From assembly GCA_051531975.1 (NCBI GenBank), contig JAOPTT010000005.1, positions 32,001 through 96,000 of the forward strand: a DNA stretch of 64,000 bases. Reading direction: 5' to 3'. Below, in pieces: positions 10,964 to 21,265 of the stretch (position 1 is its first letter; every line of letters begins with the position of its first letter). Origin of the DNA: Spirochaetaceae bacterium (GTDB taxonomy: Bacteria; Spirochaetota; Spirochaetia; DSM-2461). The translations under genes and the position numbers were made by a program. The notes below the pieces were generated by a model, which made no database searches, was not told the origin of the DNA, and saw only the letters and a list, made by a program, of their open reading frames with translations.

Positions 10964-12989
10964 GAAAGAATCTGATTTAATTAGACTCCATATTAATAAT
11001 TTCAATCTGGAACTGACTCTCCGGTATTCCAGAGAGGGGGAATGGCACCAGCTGATTCCCGGTGAAAACAGTACTTGGTTTTCAAAAGGTGACAAAGATC
11101 TAAAAGTGGAACTCGTGCTTTCAGAAAGGCTGAGTTATATAGATTATGAGCTGGAATTCAGTTCATCATTTGAAACACAGATCAGAGTTCAGCTCTCACT
11201 GAAAGGGGAGGAGGATCTTTTCCATCTTATACCCTGTAATATTCACGGGGATAATAATCTGCAGAATTCCAGACCAAATGAATTTCCTATGCTCACCACA
11301 GAACATCCCAATAGTGTCTCCTGTGCCCCTCTTTGGGAATTCAGGGCAGACAGGGCGTCCCATCCCGTTTCCATTCTCTGTTGTCACAAAGGAGCGGTGG
11401 GGATTTCCACCGAACCATATTATGAAGAAAAAAACAGTGGACTTATCCGCAACGGAATATTTAGTGCCCTACCCGATAGCTTCGGCGTTTCTCTGGGTTA
11501 TACCAATGATCCTGTCACTTTTATCAATCATATTAAGATCAAAGAGGAGGGGCTGGACTTTTCTATGGATTGGGACCCTTCCACCAGTCACCGTAGTAGG
11601 AATATCAAAACAAAGGGCCAAATCTTCGGATCCAGAGGGGAAGGCAGACAGGAAGCCCATACAATTATCAGAGATGTATATAAAAACATTTCTGAACGGG
11701 CTGTCCCTAAAAAAACAATAAAAGAAGCTACTTTGGGGCTGCTGACAGCATTCTTGGAAGTGAACTACTCAAAGGAATATAAAAACTACACCAATATGGA
11801 CTGCAAGGTTCACGATAATCCAATTCTCAAGGCCTGGCGTCCACTAGTGGAAATTGGATGGACAGGAGGAGGGGTTATCGCCTATCCCCTGTTTATTGCC
11901 AGACATGCACTAGGTCTGCCTGAAGAACTATTTGATGATTATAAGAGCCCTCAGTCGATCATGGAAGATATTGTCACCGGTTTTAATGATAAATCAGGAC
12001 TGTTTTATGATGTAATACAGCCCTGGAGCAAACTGTGGCCTAAGAGCAGGGTAAACGGCTGGTGGTCAGGATTTCACTTGGCAGAAAACTGTCATACGGC
12101 TTATGCCAACGGATCGGCAGTGTACTACCTGCTCAAAATGCTGAACTTTATGGACGTAACAAAACAGACTGCCAAAAAACAGTGGCTGGAAACTGGCCTG
12201 AAAGTACTCGATACTGTAATGGATCTGCAGAGAGCCGACGGCGCTTACGGTTATTCCTTCAGCGAAAGTGAAAAGAAAGTAATTGACTGGGAAGGTTTTG
12301 CCGGCTGCTGGTTTGTTCCGGCTTTTGTCTATGCCTACAATTTGTCAGGAAATGCAGCCTACCTGGAATCTGCACGAAAAGCTTTGGATTATTACGGCAG
12401 TTTCGTTCGGGATCTCAATTGCTGGGGAACACCTATGGACACCTGGAAATCTGTGGATGAAGAGGGAAACCTGGCTTTTATCAAGGGAGCTAGACTTATG
12501 TTTGAAACTACTAAAGATAAAAAATATCTCACTATGCTGGAACAGGGGGCACATTACGAATATCTCTGGCGATACGGTTTTAATGCAAAACCGGAATGGG
12601 CGCCGCTGAAAGATTGTGGCTGGAAATCCTGCGGGGGATCTGTTACATCCGTTTCCAACCCCCATCTACATCCTATGGGATTGATTGTGACGGAAGACCT
12701 AGAATATCTGGCCGATGTAACAGGTGATGATTACCACCGGCAGAGGGCAGATGATGCCGTTGCCTGGGTAATGAGCTCCATGGAACTCTATCCTGAAATT
12801 ATGGGGTATGGCCGGTACGGTGTATTGTCCGAGAGGTTTTGTCCCAGCGACGGACTTACTATCGAGCGGTATTCTGACGGCTCTCCATGCAGCACATGGT
12901 TCAGCTATAACGGTTGGGCGGCGGCTAATGCACTGGAAGCCCTTGCTTTGAGAGTTTTGAAGGAGAAAAAAAATAATGATAGAAAATAA
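10956..12989 (+). CDS. Uncharacterised glycoside hydrolase-like protein, probable (alpha/alpha)6 barrel
   Basis: Helical repeats (GNAAYLESARKA, TKDKKYLTMLE, TGDDYHRQRA), Trp-rich loops, PUL context. Confidence 0.55.
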   Translation: MFEKESDLIRLHINNFNLELTLRYSREGEWHQLIPGENSTWFSKGDKDLKVELVLSERLSYIDYELEFSSSFETQIRVQLSLKGEEDLFHLIPCNIHGDNNLQNSRPNEFPMLTTEHPNSVSCAPLWEFRADRASHPVSILCCHKGAVGISTEPYYEEKNSGLIRNGIFSALPDSFGVSLGYTNDPVTFINHIKIKEEGLDFSMDWDPSTSHRSRNIKTKGQIFGSRGEGRQEAHTIIRDVYKNISERAVPKKTIKEATLGLLTAFLEVNYSKEYKNYTNMDCKVHDNPILKAWRPLVEIGWTGGGVIAYPLFIARHALGLPEELFDDYKSPQSIMEDIVTGFNDKSGLFYDVIQPWSKLWPKSRVNGWWSGFHLAENCHTAYANGSAVYYLLKMLNFMDVTKQTAKKQWLETGLKVLDTVMDLQRADGAYGYSFSESEKKVIDWEGFAGCWFVPAFVYAYNLSGNAAYLESARKALDYYGSFVRDLNCWGTPMDTWKSVDEEGNLAFIKGARLMFETTKDKKYLTMLEQGAHYEYLWRYGFNAKPEWAPLKDCGWKSCGGSVTSVSNPHLHPMGLIVTEDLEYLADVTGDDYHRQRADDAVAWVMSSMELYPEIMGYGRYGVLSERFCPSDGLTIERYSDGSPCSTWFSYNGWAAANALEALALRVLKEKKNNDRK

Positions 12990-13593
12990 TTCGAAAGTTG
13001 TGTTTTTTGGAGACAGTCTGACTCATAGAACAGGTGTTACAATGTCATCGAATCCTGCACAGAGATTCACTCTTGATTATGCAGGAAGTTATGTGGATAT
13101 ATTATTAAAAAAAATATTGGTTCATTTTCCCGATGTTAATTTTGAATCTTATAATATGGGAATTGGTGGAAATACAGTCCCTGATCTTCTGGACAGAATG
13201 GATGATGTTATAACACTATCTCCCGATTGGATCGTTTTGTTTATAGGTCAGAATGATGCCAATAGATACAGCCCTTCAGAATATAAAGATAATCTGGATA
13301 AACTGCTGAATCTATTTCAGGAGAAAGGAATTAGAGTTATTCAACTCTCAACGACCCCAAGTCCTGATAATAAGAAAAATGAGACACTGGCTGAATATGA
13401 TCAGATAATTCAAAGATTATCAAAAAAATACAATAATCCTTATATTGAAGTAAAAGAGTCTTTTAATAAAATACTTAAAATCAATGAAACCGCAGAGAAT
13501 CCCATAAAAGTATTTAATCAGGGCTGTCATATGTCACAATTGGGTAATATTTTAATTGCGGATCTGGTATTTGATGTTTTATCGGGTATTTGA
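12976..13593 (+). CDS. SGNH/GDSL-family esterase
   Basis: FFGDSLT, GIGGNT, IGQND, GCHMS blocks. Confidence 0.85.
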   Translation: MIENNSKVVFFGDSLTHRTGVTMSSNPAQRFTLDYAGSYVDILLKKILVHFPDVNFESYNMGIGGNTVPDLLDRMDDVITLSPDWIVLFIGQNDANRYSPSEYKDNLDKLLNLFQEKGIRVIQLSTTPSPDNKKNETLAEYDQIIQRLSKKYNNPYIEVKESFNKILKINETAENPIKVFNQGCHMSQLGNILIADLVFDVLSGI

Positions 13594-13613
13594 AACTGTA
13601 ATAGGAGAAATAG

Positions 13614-14543
13614 ACGTTAACCGAAGATTTTGAACAATTTAAATATTATCCCGACAGGAAAGAACTTGAAGATTGGATCTCTTCCATATGGGAACTTGCG
13701 GAACAGACTGAATGCACAGTGGAAACAGTGGATAACAACGGTTTTTCCTTTAGCTTGGGAGTAAACCATGTTGGGCAGGAGTTCCATTATGTAAAATTCA
13801 GTCCTAAGGGTATGGAGCCATTTTACGGATACTGGCAACCTGTTCTATCCGGGCCTGCACCTCTATTGTTTCATGTGCCCGGATATGGAGCTGAAATGAG
13901 TACACATCCAGAGCTTGTTGCCCAGGGTTTTAATGTACTGCATGTATCACCTTTGGGGTATGCTACCCCTGATGGTCCCGATGAGACAAAAAAGCGAAAT
14001 GAAGCCTGGCCTGTACTTCCTGATACTGTATTAAGCGGTGCACGGCAGGGATATAAAATCTGGCTGGTGAACTGCATTATGGCTATAAACTGGGCTATGA
14101 AACAGCGTGAGGTGATAGAAAACAGAATCTCATTTTTTGGAACCAGTCAGGGCGGTGGTGGTTCTCTACTGCTCGGTTCAATTTTTAAAGATAGAGGCCT
14201 GCGGTGTGTAGCAGCAGACGTTCCGTTCCTGACTAACTACCCTATGGCAAATGGCAGAGGAGCATATAGCCATGCAACAGAGGGGTTGGATCTTCTGGAA
14301 GACAAAGCAGCCGGATGGAAAGCTCTGGGATTTGTTGACACCATGACACATGTTAAAAGGTTGACCTGCCCGGTTTTATTGACTGCCGGAGGAAAAGATA
14401 CTGTCTGTCCCCCTGAAACGATACAGTCCCTATATGAAAAACTACCAGGGACAAAATCACTGACATATTTTGAGACATTAATACATCGTTATACCAGGGA
14501 GTTTATTCCTCTGGCAGGAGCATGGTTCAGGATTTATGCATAG
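13614..14543 (+). CDS. Acetylxylan esterase-like (CE7/AXE1) alpha/beta hydrolase; likely true start ACG at 13614
   Basis: GTSQGGG nucleophile elbow, DVPFL, GGKDTVCPP, terminal His; frame open back to ACG just downstream of AGGAG (13603-13607). Confidence 0.8.
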   Translation, partial: TLTEDFEQFKYYPDRKELEDWISSIWELAEQTECTVETVDNNGFSFSLGVNHVGQEFHYVKFSPKGMEPFYGYWQPVLSGPAPLLFHVPGYGAEMSTHPELVAQGFNVLHVSPLGYATPDGPDETKKRNEAWPVLPDTVLSGARQGYKIWLVNCIMAINWAMKQREVIENRISFFGTSQGGGGSLLLGSIFKDRGLRCVAADVPFLTNYPMANGRGAYSHATEGLDLLEDKAAGWKALGFVDTMTHVKRLTCPVLLTAGGKDTVCPPETIQSLYEKLPGTKSLTYFETLIHRYTREFIPLAGAWFRIYA

Positions 14544-14554
14544 GAGAAGAATAG

Positions 14555-16619
14555 GTGAAAAATAAAGAAGATCTTTTACTCTGGAACGAAATAGCTGAAG
14601 TTTTTTAAACCTGGAGAATACAGTATTTGAGGCAAGATTAAGCTGGAAAAAGATACAAGAGATCAAAGAGTACAAATAGCTTTCGAAAATTGTTCAGAAA
14701 CTGAGTTTTCAGGCCGGGATAGACAAATTTTTGACTTAATGTGGCTAGGCCGGGACTTAAAAAGTCTAAACGAAGAACTGCTTGTAGATTTAAACTTTGA
14801 ATTGAAACAATTGGCAGAAGAAGAAAACGACAAAAATGTTCATCTGAAATACGGTCATTACTGTTTAATGAGAAGTCTCAGGCTTATATCCTTTTATTAT
14901 TCTTTCGGTTCCAAAGGACATATTTCACCGGGAACACTGGAGATGGAAACTGAAAAGGTTTTATTGGAAGTTCTCTGGGAAAGAACTAAATATAAAAATG
15001 ATATTGCCGTAACCCGCAATAGCACCTGGTGGATGACGGGAAGCGAAAATCATGATCTGAATACTAAAGTCTGCAATCTAATTACTTCCCGAATTTTTAT
15101 GGAAGAGGAAGATTATAAATATAGAATCTATCCTGACCTTGGATTTGGTGATGGTATCGCTTACGGTGAAGGGTGCGATTTTACCCGGCCGGAAGCCGCC
15201 GCTCTTAATGCCGGTAGGGCAGATCTCGCAGATGGAAAAGAATATACAGCCTTTCACCATTATGAAGCCTGGAAAAACTTCTTTTTGCAGTACTTTGCAG
15301 AAAGGGCTAAAAAAGGTTTTTTTCTAGAGAATGGTGCCTGCGGATATATGAAGTGGACCATCAATTTTATTCTAGGTCTGTATAACTTTTGTGGAGATGA
15401 AAAGCTGAGGAACCAGATCCGCATGTTTCTGGATCTGATCTGGGCTGACTGGGCTTCCCAACAGCTTTCCGGTGTGCGCGGTGGACCAAAGACACGGCAT
15501 CATTATGAAGTAGGTGGTTATGATTCCATGTCTGAAATGGCCAAGTTTTATGGTGGAGGTAGTGGGAAAAGTACCTTTATCTATGTACAGCAATTAATAA
15601 GCGATTATCACTGGCCGGACGTGGTTTGGGATATGGTATTCGGCAAAAGGGCTTCTGAAGAATATGTTTATGTATCAAGAGGAATCGGCGAAGAGAACCC
15701 TCTATTTCCAAGACCAAAAGGTGTTGAAAGGACAATGCTGGGGGATGTGGAATCGAGGATTGTTAAATACAGCTGGGTAACTCCCGATTACATCTTGGGT
15801 ACCCAGATGGATCATCCGATGGTTGTATACAATCATCTGGCTACAGCGGGTCGCTGGCAGGGGCTTATAACAGCGGATCCCGGTGTACGGATTACTACAG
15901 TATCATTAGATCCACAGCCTGGTTCAAATAAAGATGGAAAGGAATACTCCCTGGAGCTTGTCTATAACAGCATCCAGCATAACAATGTCTTGATTACCCA
16001 GCAAAGCAGACGGTGGACCCAGATTAATCCCGACTGGTACCCGGCTTATGACGGTAAATATTATGAAAGACCTTTTGGAATCTATTTAGGTAACGGATGG
16101 GATAAAGTAATTGAGTCCGAAGGCTGGATTTTCGTGGCCTATAACAATACCTATGTCGCCATAAAAGTCCTGCAGTTGGAAACTGATGATGATCCTCTGG
16201 CCTGGGCAAAGGGAACAGATAAATTCCAGAACCAAATATTGCTTAAGCAAAACAGTTATAGCTGGAATGACGATAAATCCATTATCCGCTTTAACAACAA
16301 GTTCAGTCCAGCAATTATAGAAGCGGGCAGAAAAAAGGAATATAACTCTTTTAATAATTTTATGAACAAAATTACAAACAATACCATAGAGATGTTTAAA
16401 ACAGTCGTTACCGGTGAAACCGGATTCATTCTGGTATATAAAGAGATCACCTTTAATGCAGCCAATCCCCACGATGCAGCAAAAATCGGAGGAAAATATG
16501 TTGATTATACCCCCTCTAAAGTTTTTGACTGCCCGTTTATTAAGTCCGATTATGACAGTGGAGTGGTTTCTCTGAAATCATCGGAAAATGAAGTAACAAT
16601 GGAGTTTAATTATGAATAA
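14555..16619 (+). CDS. Unknown large protein (paralogue of 3640-5629); intact ORF 14739-16619 but 5' ~60 codons disrupted
   Basis: Homology to paralogue extends upstream (EKDTRDQRVQIAF...QIFDLMW vs EKQNRNTRIENAF...QLFDRMW); RBS and GTG at 14555 are out of frame; TGA at 14628. Confidence 0.7.
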
Positions 16620-16752
16620 AACGATATCAAACCCTATACTATCATTGAAAAAAGTGATGTCTATAAAATCTATACTGCAGAGATGTTTTCCGGTATATCT
16701 TATAGACATGCCATTTATTGGGTACTGTGGACTAGTACGTTCATAGGGAGGA

Positions 16753-17070
16753 GTGAAAATGAGAACTGCATTTAAAATGAAATTATATCCAGGATTTGCC
16801 CTGGAGTACAAAAAACGTCATGATGAAATCTGGCCGGAGTTAGTAACACTGTTAAAAGGTTCCGGGATTTACGATTACTCCATATTTATAGATGAAGAGA
16901 CAAATAGTCTGTTTGCTGTTCATAAAACCAAAAACAATGTTGGTGCCCAGGAGTTAGGAGAAACTGAAATTGTAAAGAAATGGTGGAAATTTATGTCTGA
17001 TATAATGGAATGTAATTCAGATAATTCACCGGTTACAGTTCCCTTAGAAGAAGTTTTTTTTCTAAGCTGA
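16753..17070 (+). CDS. rhaM: L-rhamnose mutarotase
   Basis: EYKKRHDEIWPEL, GIYDYSIF, KWWKFMSDIME, PLEEVF. Confidence 0.93.
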   Translation: MKMRTAFKMKLYPGFALEYKKRHDEIWPELVTLLKGSGIYDYSIFIDEETNSLFAVHKTKNNVGAQELGETEIVKKWWKFMSDIMECNSDNSPVTVPLEEVFFLS

Positions 17071-17093
17071 ATTAAAGTTGTTTTTAATAAAAT

Positions 17094-17137
17094 ATACCAA
17101 TCCTGTGTGAGTCTAAAGAATCCAATAGGGTTGGTAT
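17094..17137. terminator. Stem-loop between convergent genes
   Basis: ATACCAATCCT...AGGGTTGGTAT inverted repeat. Confidence 0.5.
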
Positions 17138-17150
17138 AGGTATCTATCCA

Positions 17151-17984
17151 TTATTTCATTGCATGCTTTTTGTACTGTCCCAATACGATACTGTCCATGA
17201 TTTTATCACTAAAAATATTTTTTATTCTCTTTAGTACTTTAGCATCCCGTGTTGTATCGTATGTAGTTCTTGGTCTTTTAATCGTACCTGCGTTAACCAT
17301 AGCTCGTACAGTACTTTCTGGACCTGGATTTGTATCGTTAGAACTGACAATCATATTCCTGAATCCCTTCATTAAGTGTTTATAATCATCTGGATAATCA
17401 ATTTTATCCATTGTCTCTACAGCAACATTGGCAAATTCAGTTTTAACAGCTCCCGGATGGATCATAATAACTTTGATACCAAGATCTTTTACTTCCTGTC
17501 TAAGGGCGATTCCCATAGCCATTAATGCGTGTTTAGTTGATGCATACCAACCTAATCCAGCAGTTGAAAGATGGCTTACAAGAGAAGCCGTAAGTATGAT
17601 TCTTCCACTCTTCTCTTTTCTCATATGGGGGAGAACCGCCTGAATTATTCTGGCCTGACCAAAAAGGTTTACATCGTACTGATATTTAATTTCATCTAAG
17701 GATATATTTTCTATGTTTCCATAAGTACCATATCCTGCATTTCCATATAGAATATCGATACGTCCTTCATTCTTTATTATCTGATCTACAGCTTTCTTAA
17801 CATCATCATCTTTTGTAACGTCTACTTTAATAAGTGTAGCTCCTAGTGCTTTAAGATCTTCCATTGGTTCTAGCCGCCTAGCAGTGGCATAAACTCTATA
17901 ACCTTTGTTTAATAGTTCTTTTGCTGTATCGTGACCAAAACCGGCTGATGCACCAGTAATAAATACTACATTGTTTTCTGTCAT
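17151..17984 (-). CDS. Short-chain dehydrogenase/reductase
   Basis: TGASAGFG, NAG, YASTK catalytic motif. Confidence 0.92.
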   Translation of the reverse strand: MTENNVVFITGASAGFGHDTAKELLNKGYRVYATARRLEPMEDLKALGATLIKVDVTKDDDVKKAVDQIIKNEGRIDILYGNAGYGTYGNIENISLDEIKYQYDVNLFGQARIIQAVLPHMRKEKSGRIILTASLVSHLSTAGLGWYASTKHALMAMGIALRQEVKDLGIKVIMIHPGAVKTEFANVAVETMDKIDYPDDYKHLMKGFRNMIVSSNDTNPGPESTVRAMVNAGTIKRPRTTYDTTRDAKVLKRIKNIFSDKIMDSIVLGQYKKHAMK

Positions 17985-18139
17985 ATTATTAATCTCCAAT
18001 AATTCCCATTGTTTTTTATTCTTATCTATTTATAATAATCAATTAATTTTGTAACGTCCTATATTTAGGTAAAAAAAATAACAAACCTGATATTGTTATA
18101 TGAACTAGAATATGAGATGTTTGAACCAAAGGAGACTAT

Positions 18140-18628
18140 ATGAAACAAATATTAAAAGTAATTTTCCCAAAAGAGATTAACAATACATTTAGAGGATATA
18201 AAGTAGCTTTATATCTGTTTTATGCATTAACTGCTGTTACATTATGGAGAAGCCAACATCATCTATTCGCTGCAGATGGTGGAGCACAATCCATAGCTAC
18301 TATACCTTTAGATACATTTACAACCTCTGGAGCACAGGCTGTAATAGGTATATTTAGTCTTTGGGGATTGTCACAACTTATTATTGGATTTATCTATCTA
18401 ATAACATCAATAAGGTATCGAGCTATGGTTCCTTTAATGTATCTTTTAATGTTTTTTGAATATCTTGTTAGAGCTACTTATATTCCTGCTTTTAAATCAA
18501 TTCCAACAGATGGAACTGCACCTGGAGCATTAATTAATATCCCTTTTATTCTTTTTACATTGGTAATGCTTATTCTATGTGTAGTTGGAGATCGAAAAAA
18601 GACAATTCTTCAAAGAAAAAGTAAATAA
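18140..18628 (+). CDS. Hypothetical 4-TM membrane protein
   Basis: Strong RBS GGAG, four hydrophobic segments. Confidence 0.7.
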   Translation: MKQILKVIFPKEINNTFRGYKVALYLFYALTAVTLWRSQHHLFAADGGAQSIATIPLDTFTTSGAQAVIGIFSLWGLSQLIIGFIYLITSIRYRAMVPLMYLLMFFEYLVRATYIPAFKSIPTDGTAPGALINIPFILFTLVMLILCVVGDRKKTILQRKSK

Positions 18629-18667
18629 TTATATCCACTATTGTGATAAAGTAATATAGGAGATTAT

Positions 18668-19111
18668 ATGCGAAACTTTTACCTTTTATTTTTATTAATA
18701 ATCACATCTTTCGGAATATTTGCTGAATATAATGGTAGGATTAGGTTCGTTGTATCTGAAAAGGAAGATGTTACAGGAAATGGTGAATTAGATAATTTAA
18801 TAGATAGCTATGTTGAAATACGTGTTGGTGCAGAGAGTCTATTAATTGCAAGAATGTTACTTAAAGGATTAATAATCGAATGTTATGGTAGGTTTGATCC
18901 TGTATTTGATTTGCACGGTTATGAACGATTTCATTTTTTTAAATATGGGAACAAACGTATATTAGTAAATGACAAGAGTGTACCATTTACAATAGAAGGA
19001 GCATTCGCAAAAGTCGATGTTGCTCAAAAAAATCAGATGTTATTTTATACCCCAAGACCCAATTCTCTATCGTGGGATCTAAAAGTTGATATGATTGAAA
19101 ATGATGAATAA
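18668..19111 (+). CDS. Hypothetical secreted protein
   Basis: RBS AGGAG, N-terminal signal peptide (..GIFA-E). Confidence 0.6.
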   Translation: MRNFYLLFLLIITSFGIFAEYNGRIRFVVSEKEDVTGNGELDNLIDSYVEIRVGAESLLIARMLLKGLIIECYGRFDPVFDLHGYERFHFFKYGNKRILVNDKSVPFTIEGAFAKVDVAQKNQMLFYTPRPNSLSWDLKVDMIENDE

Positions 19112-19189
19112 CTTTCCAATTATATCTATAGAGATATTAAATTAAAGCTTATCTAACTCTTCCTGAGTACATTTGCTGCTACTAGAGTG

Positions 19190-20140
19190 TTATAACAGTG
19201 GGTCGAATCTCAAAAGACGATAGTGCCCCTGGGCTGAACATCCTGTTACATATTGCTTAACAAGTTGAGAAATAGAATTTATTTGAGACCTGTGAGTATG
19301 TCCAGCAAGAACTGCAGAAAGATTTGAACTTTTTTTAACAGTTTCTAAAAACTCTAAAGTTGTTGTTAGGTTACCAGTTTTACTCCATCGTTCTCTTTTT
19401 TCTATTTTATAATTTCTGTCTATATTCCAGCCCCAACCAGGAGCCCCACATACTGTGGACTGCTTCTGCTTTGCCTCTTTCCCTAGGTATAAGGGGATAT
19501 GTAGCAGAAGAACTATTGGTAATCCTAGTTTTAATTGGGTTTTATAAAACCGTAACTGATCTTCATTAACCTGATATGTCGAATTATCAATTGCAACGAA
19601 ATTAATCCCTCCAATGATAAGTGATGAATAAAGGGGAGTTTCTCCGACATAGAGTGGCAGTAGACTTTTGTTTATCCAGGTTTGACGTTTGTTTTCATCA
19701 GATCCTTCCATTCCTTCATAATGCCAATCATGATTTCCAGAAATGTAAATATAAGGGATATCGACTAATTTAAGTGCCTGGTGAATAAAACTGATACTTG
19801 ATTGTGAGGGATTATTAACAATATCACCTGTCAAAACAATTAGGTCAACTTTCTCTTCTTTTGCAACTTCCAACAAGTTTAGAAACATTTTACTAGAAGT
19901 TGTTTTCTTCTTTGTTTTATAGTGTTTCACCGTTTTAAAAGCATTATCCATTCGGGAGCTATAACTATGATATTCTTTTTCATTTGTACTAAGAACACTT
20001 ACATGGGAATCGGTAATATGCAAAATTCGGAATGTTTTTAACAGACCTGGAATGGTTATAATATCTTCATTTAATGAACATGATGCTCCATTATTATTAG
20101 GTGTAATATTTAACTTATTTAGAATTTTTTGTCTGCTCAA
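19190..20140 (-). CDS. Calcineurin-like metallophosphoesterase
   Basis: DSH, GDIV, GNHD, HIP, GHTH motifs. Confidence 0.88.
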   Translation of the reverse strand: MSRQKILNKLNITPNNNGASCSLNEDIITIPGLLKTFRILHITDSHVSVLSTNEKEYHSYSSRMDNAFKTVKHYKTKKKTTSSKMFLNLLEVAKEEKVDLIVLTGDIVNNPSQSSISFIHQALKLVDIPYIYISGNHDWHYEGMEGSDENKRQTWINKSLLPLYVGETPLYSSLIIGGINFVAIDNSTYQVNEDQLRFYKTQLKLGLPIVLLLHIPLYLGKEAKQKQSTVCGAPGWGWNIDRNYKIEKRERWSKTGNLTTTLEFLETVKKSSNLSAVLAGHTHRSQINSISQLVKQYVTGCSAQGHYRLLRFDPLL

Positions 20141-20293
20141 ACATTTATCCTTTTAAAATAATTTGTGACTTCTATGACTTGATTCGAAGCTAAACTACCT
20201 TCGGTTTTAATTTCAAAAGTTGATGAATAAGTATACAATAAGATCTTAATGACTTAAACCAAGCATAATAAATATATAAGGAATGACTATACT

Positions 20294-21088
20294 ATGATTC
20301 AGAATATAGACGATAACAAAATTAACAAGGTGATATCATGTGTAATATTTGATCTTGATGGTACAATTTATAGAGGTGATAAGGTAATTCCAGGTGCCGC
20401 CCATTTTGTGAAGGGACTACAGGATAAGGGTATTCTTGTGATGTTTTATACCAACAGAGCCTATCGTACACCAACTCAAATTGCAGATAAGCTGAAGTCT
20501 ATGAATTTCCCAATTAAAGAGGATCAGGTTTATACCAGTGCAATTGTTACTGCCAATGCTCTTAGAGGTAGAAGAGTCTTTTGTATTGGTGAACCGGCAT
20601 TAACCGAGGCTCTGATATCAGAAGGAGCTATTATTACTGAAAATAACCCAGATGATGTTGTTCTTGGATATGTTGATACTCTTGAAATGAATACTATGAG
20701 CAAGGCTGTACAGTTTATCTCCCACGAACAAGCTCGGTTTGTCGCTACTAATCTGGACCCTTACATTCTTGTTGATGGTAAAAGAGTTCCTGAGAACGGA
20801 GCGATTGCAGCTGCTATTCAAATAGCAACAGGACAACTTCCAGTCGTTTATGGTAAACCGGAACCTTTTGGGATTAATATGATCCTGAAAAAATATAATT
20901 TGGAGGCTGAAGAAGTCCTGATTGTAGGAGATACTCTTGCAACAGATATACAGTGTGGGGTAAATGCCGGAATTCGAACAGCACTTATACTAACAGGTGT
21001 TTCATCTGCTTTGGAGGCATGTGCTTCAGAAGCTGAAATAATTGTGGATAATTACAATGATTTAAGGATCAAGATTTTTGGTTCTTAA
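20294..21088 (+). CDS. HAD-IIA hydrolase (NagD-like)
   Basis: DLDGT, TN, GKPEP, GDTLATDI. Confidence 0.9.
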   Translation: MIQNIDDNKINKVISCVIFDLDGTIYRGDKVIPGAAHFVKGLQDKGILVMFYTNRAYRTPTQIADKLKSMNFPIKEDQVYTSAIVTANALRGRRVFCIGEPALTEALISEGAIITENNPDDVVLGYVDTLEMNTMSKAVQFISHEQARFVATNLDPYILVDGKRVPENGAIAAAIQIATGQLPVVYGKPEPFGINMILKKYNLEAEEVLIVGDTLATDIQCGVNAGIRTALILTGVSSALEACASEAEIIVDNYNDLRIKIFGS

Positions 21089-21265
21089 GAGAAATTAAAC
21101 AGACTCCAGCAGGATGATAGACCAGTAATCAGTAGATTTACTAATTTGCTTATTATTACTAATAATAGTAAAATTATCTATCTATAAATGGAGAGTCATA
21201 AGATCGATGGGTCATAAATCAAAAATACATGGAGTATTACCATCCACACTAAGTGGGGATAAGCA

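Noticed and set aside
16612..16746. 44-codon ORF MNKTISNPIL..., reminiscent of a GH43 N-terminus
   Set aside because: Only a four-residue resemblance; may be another stub but cannot be supported.
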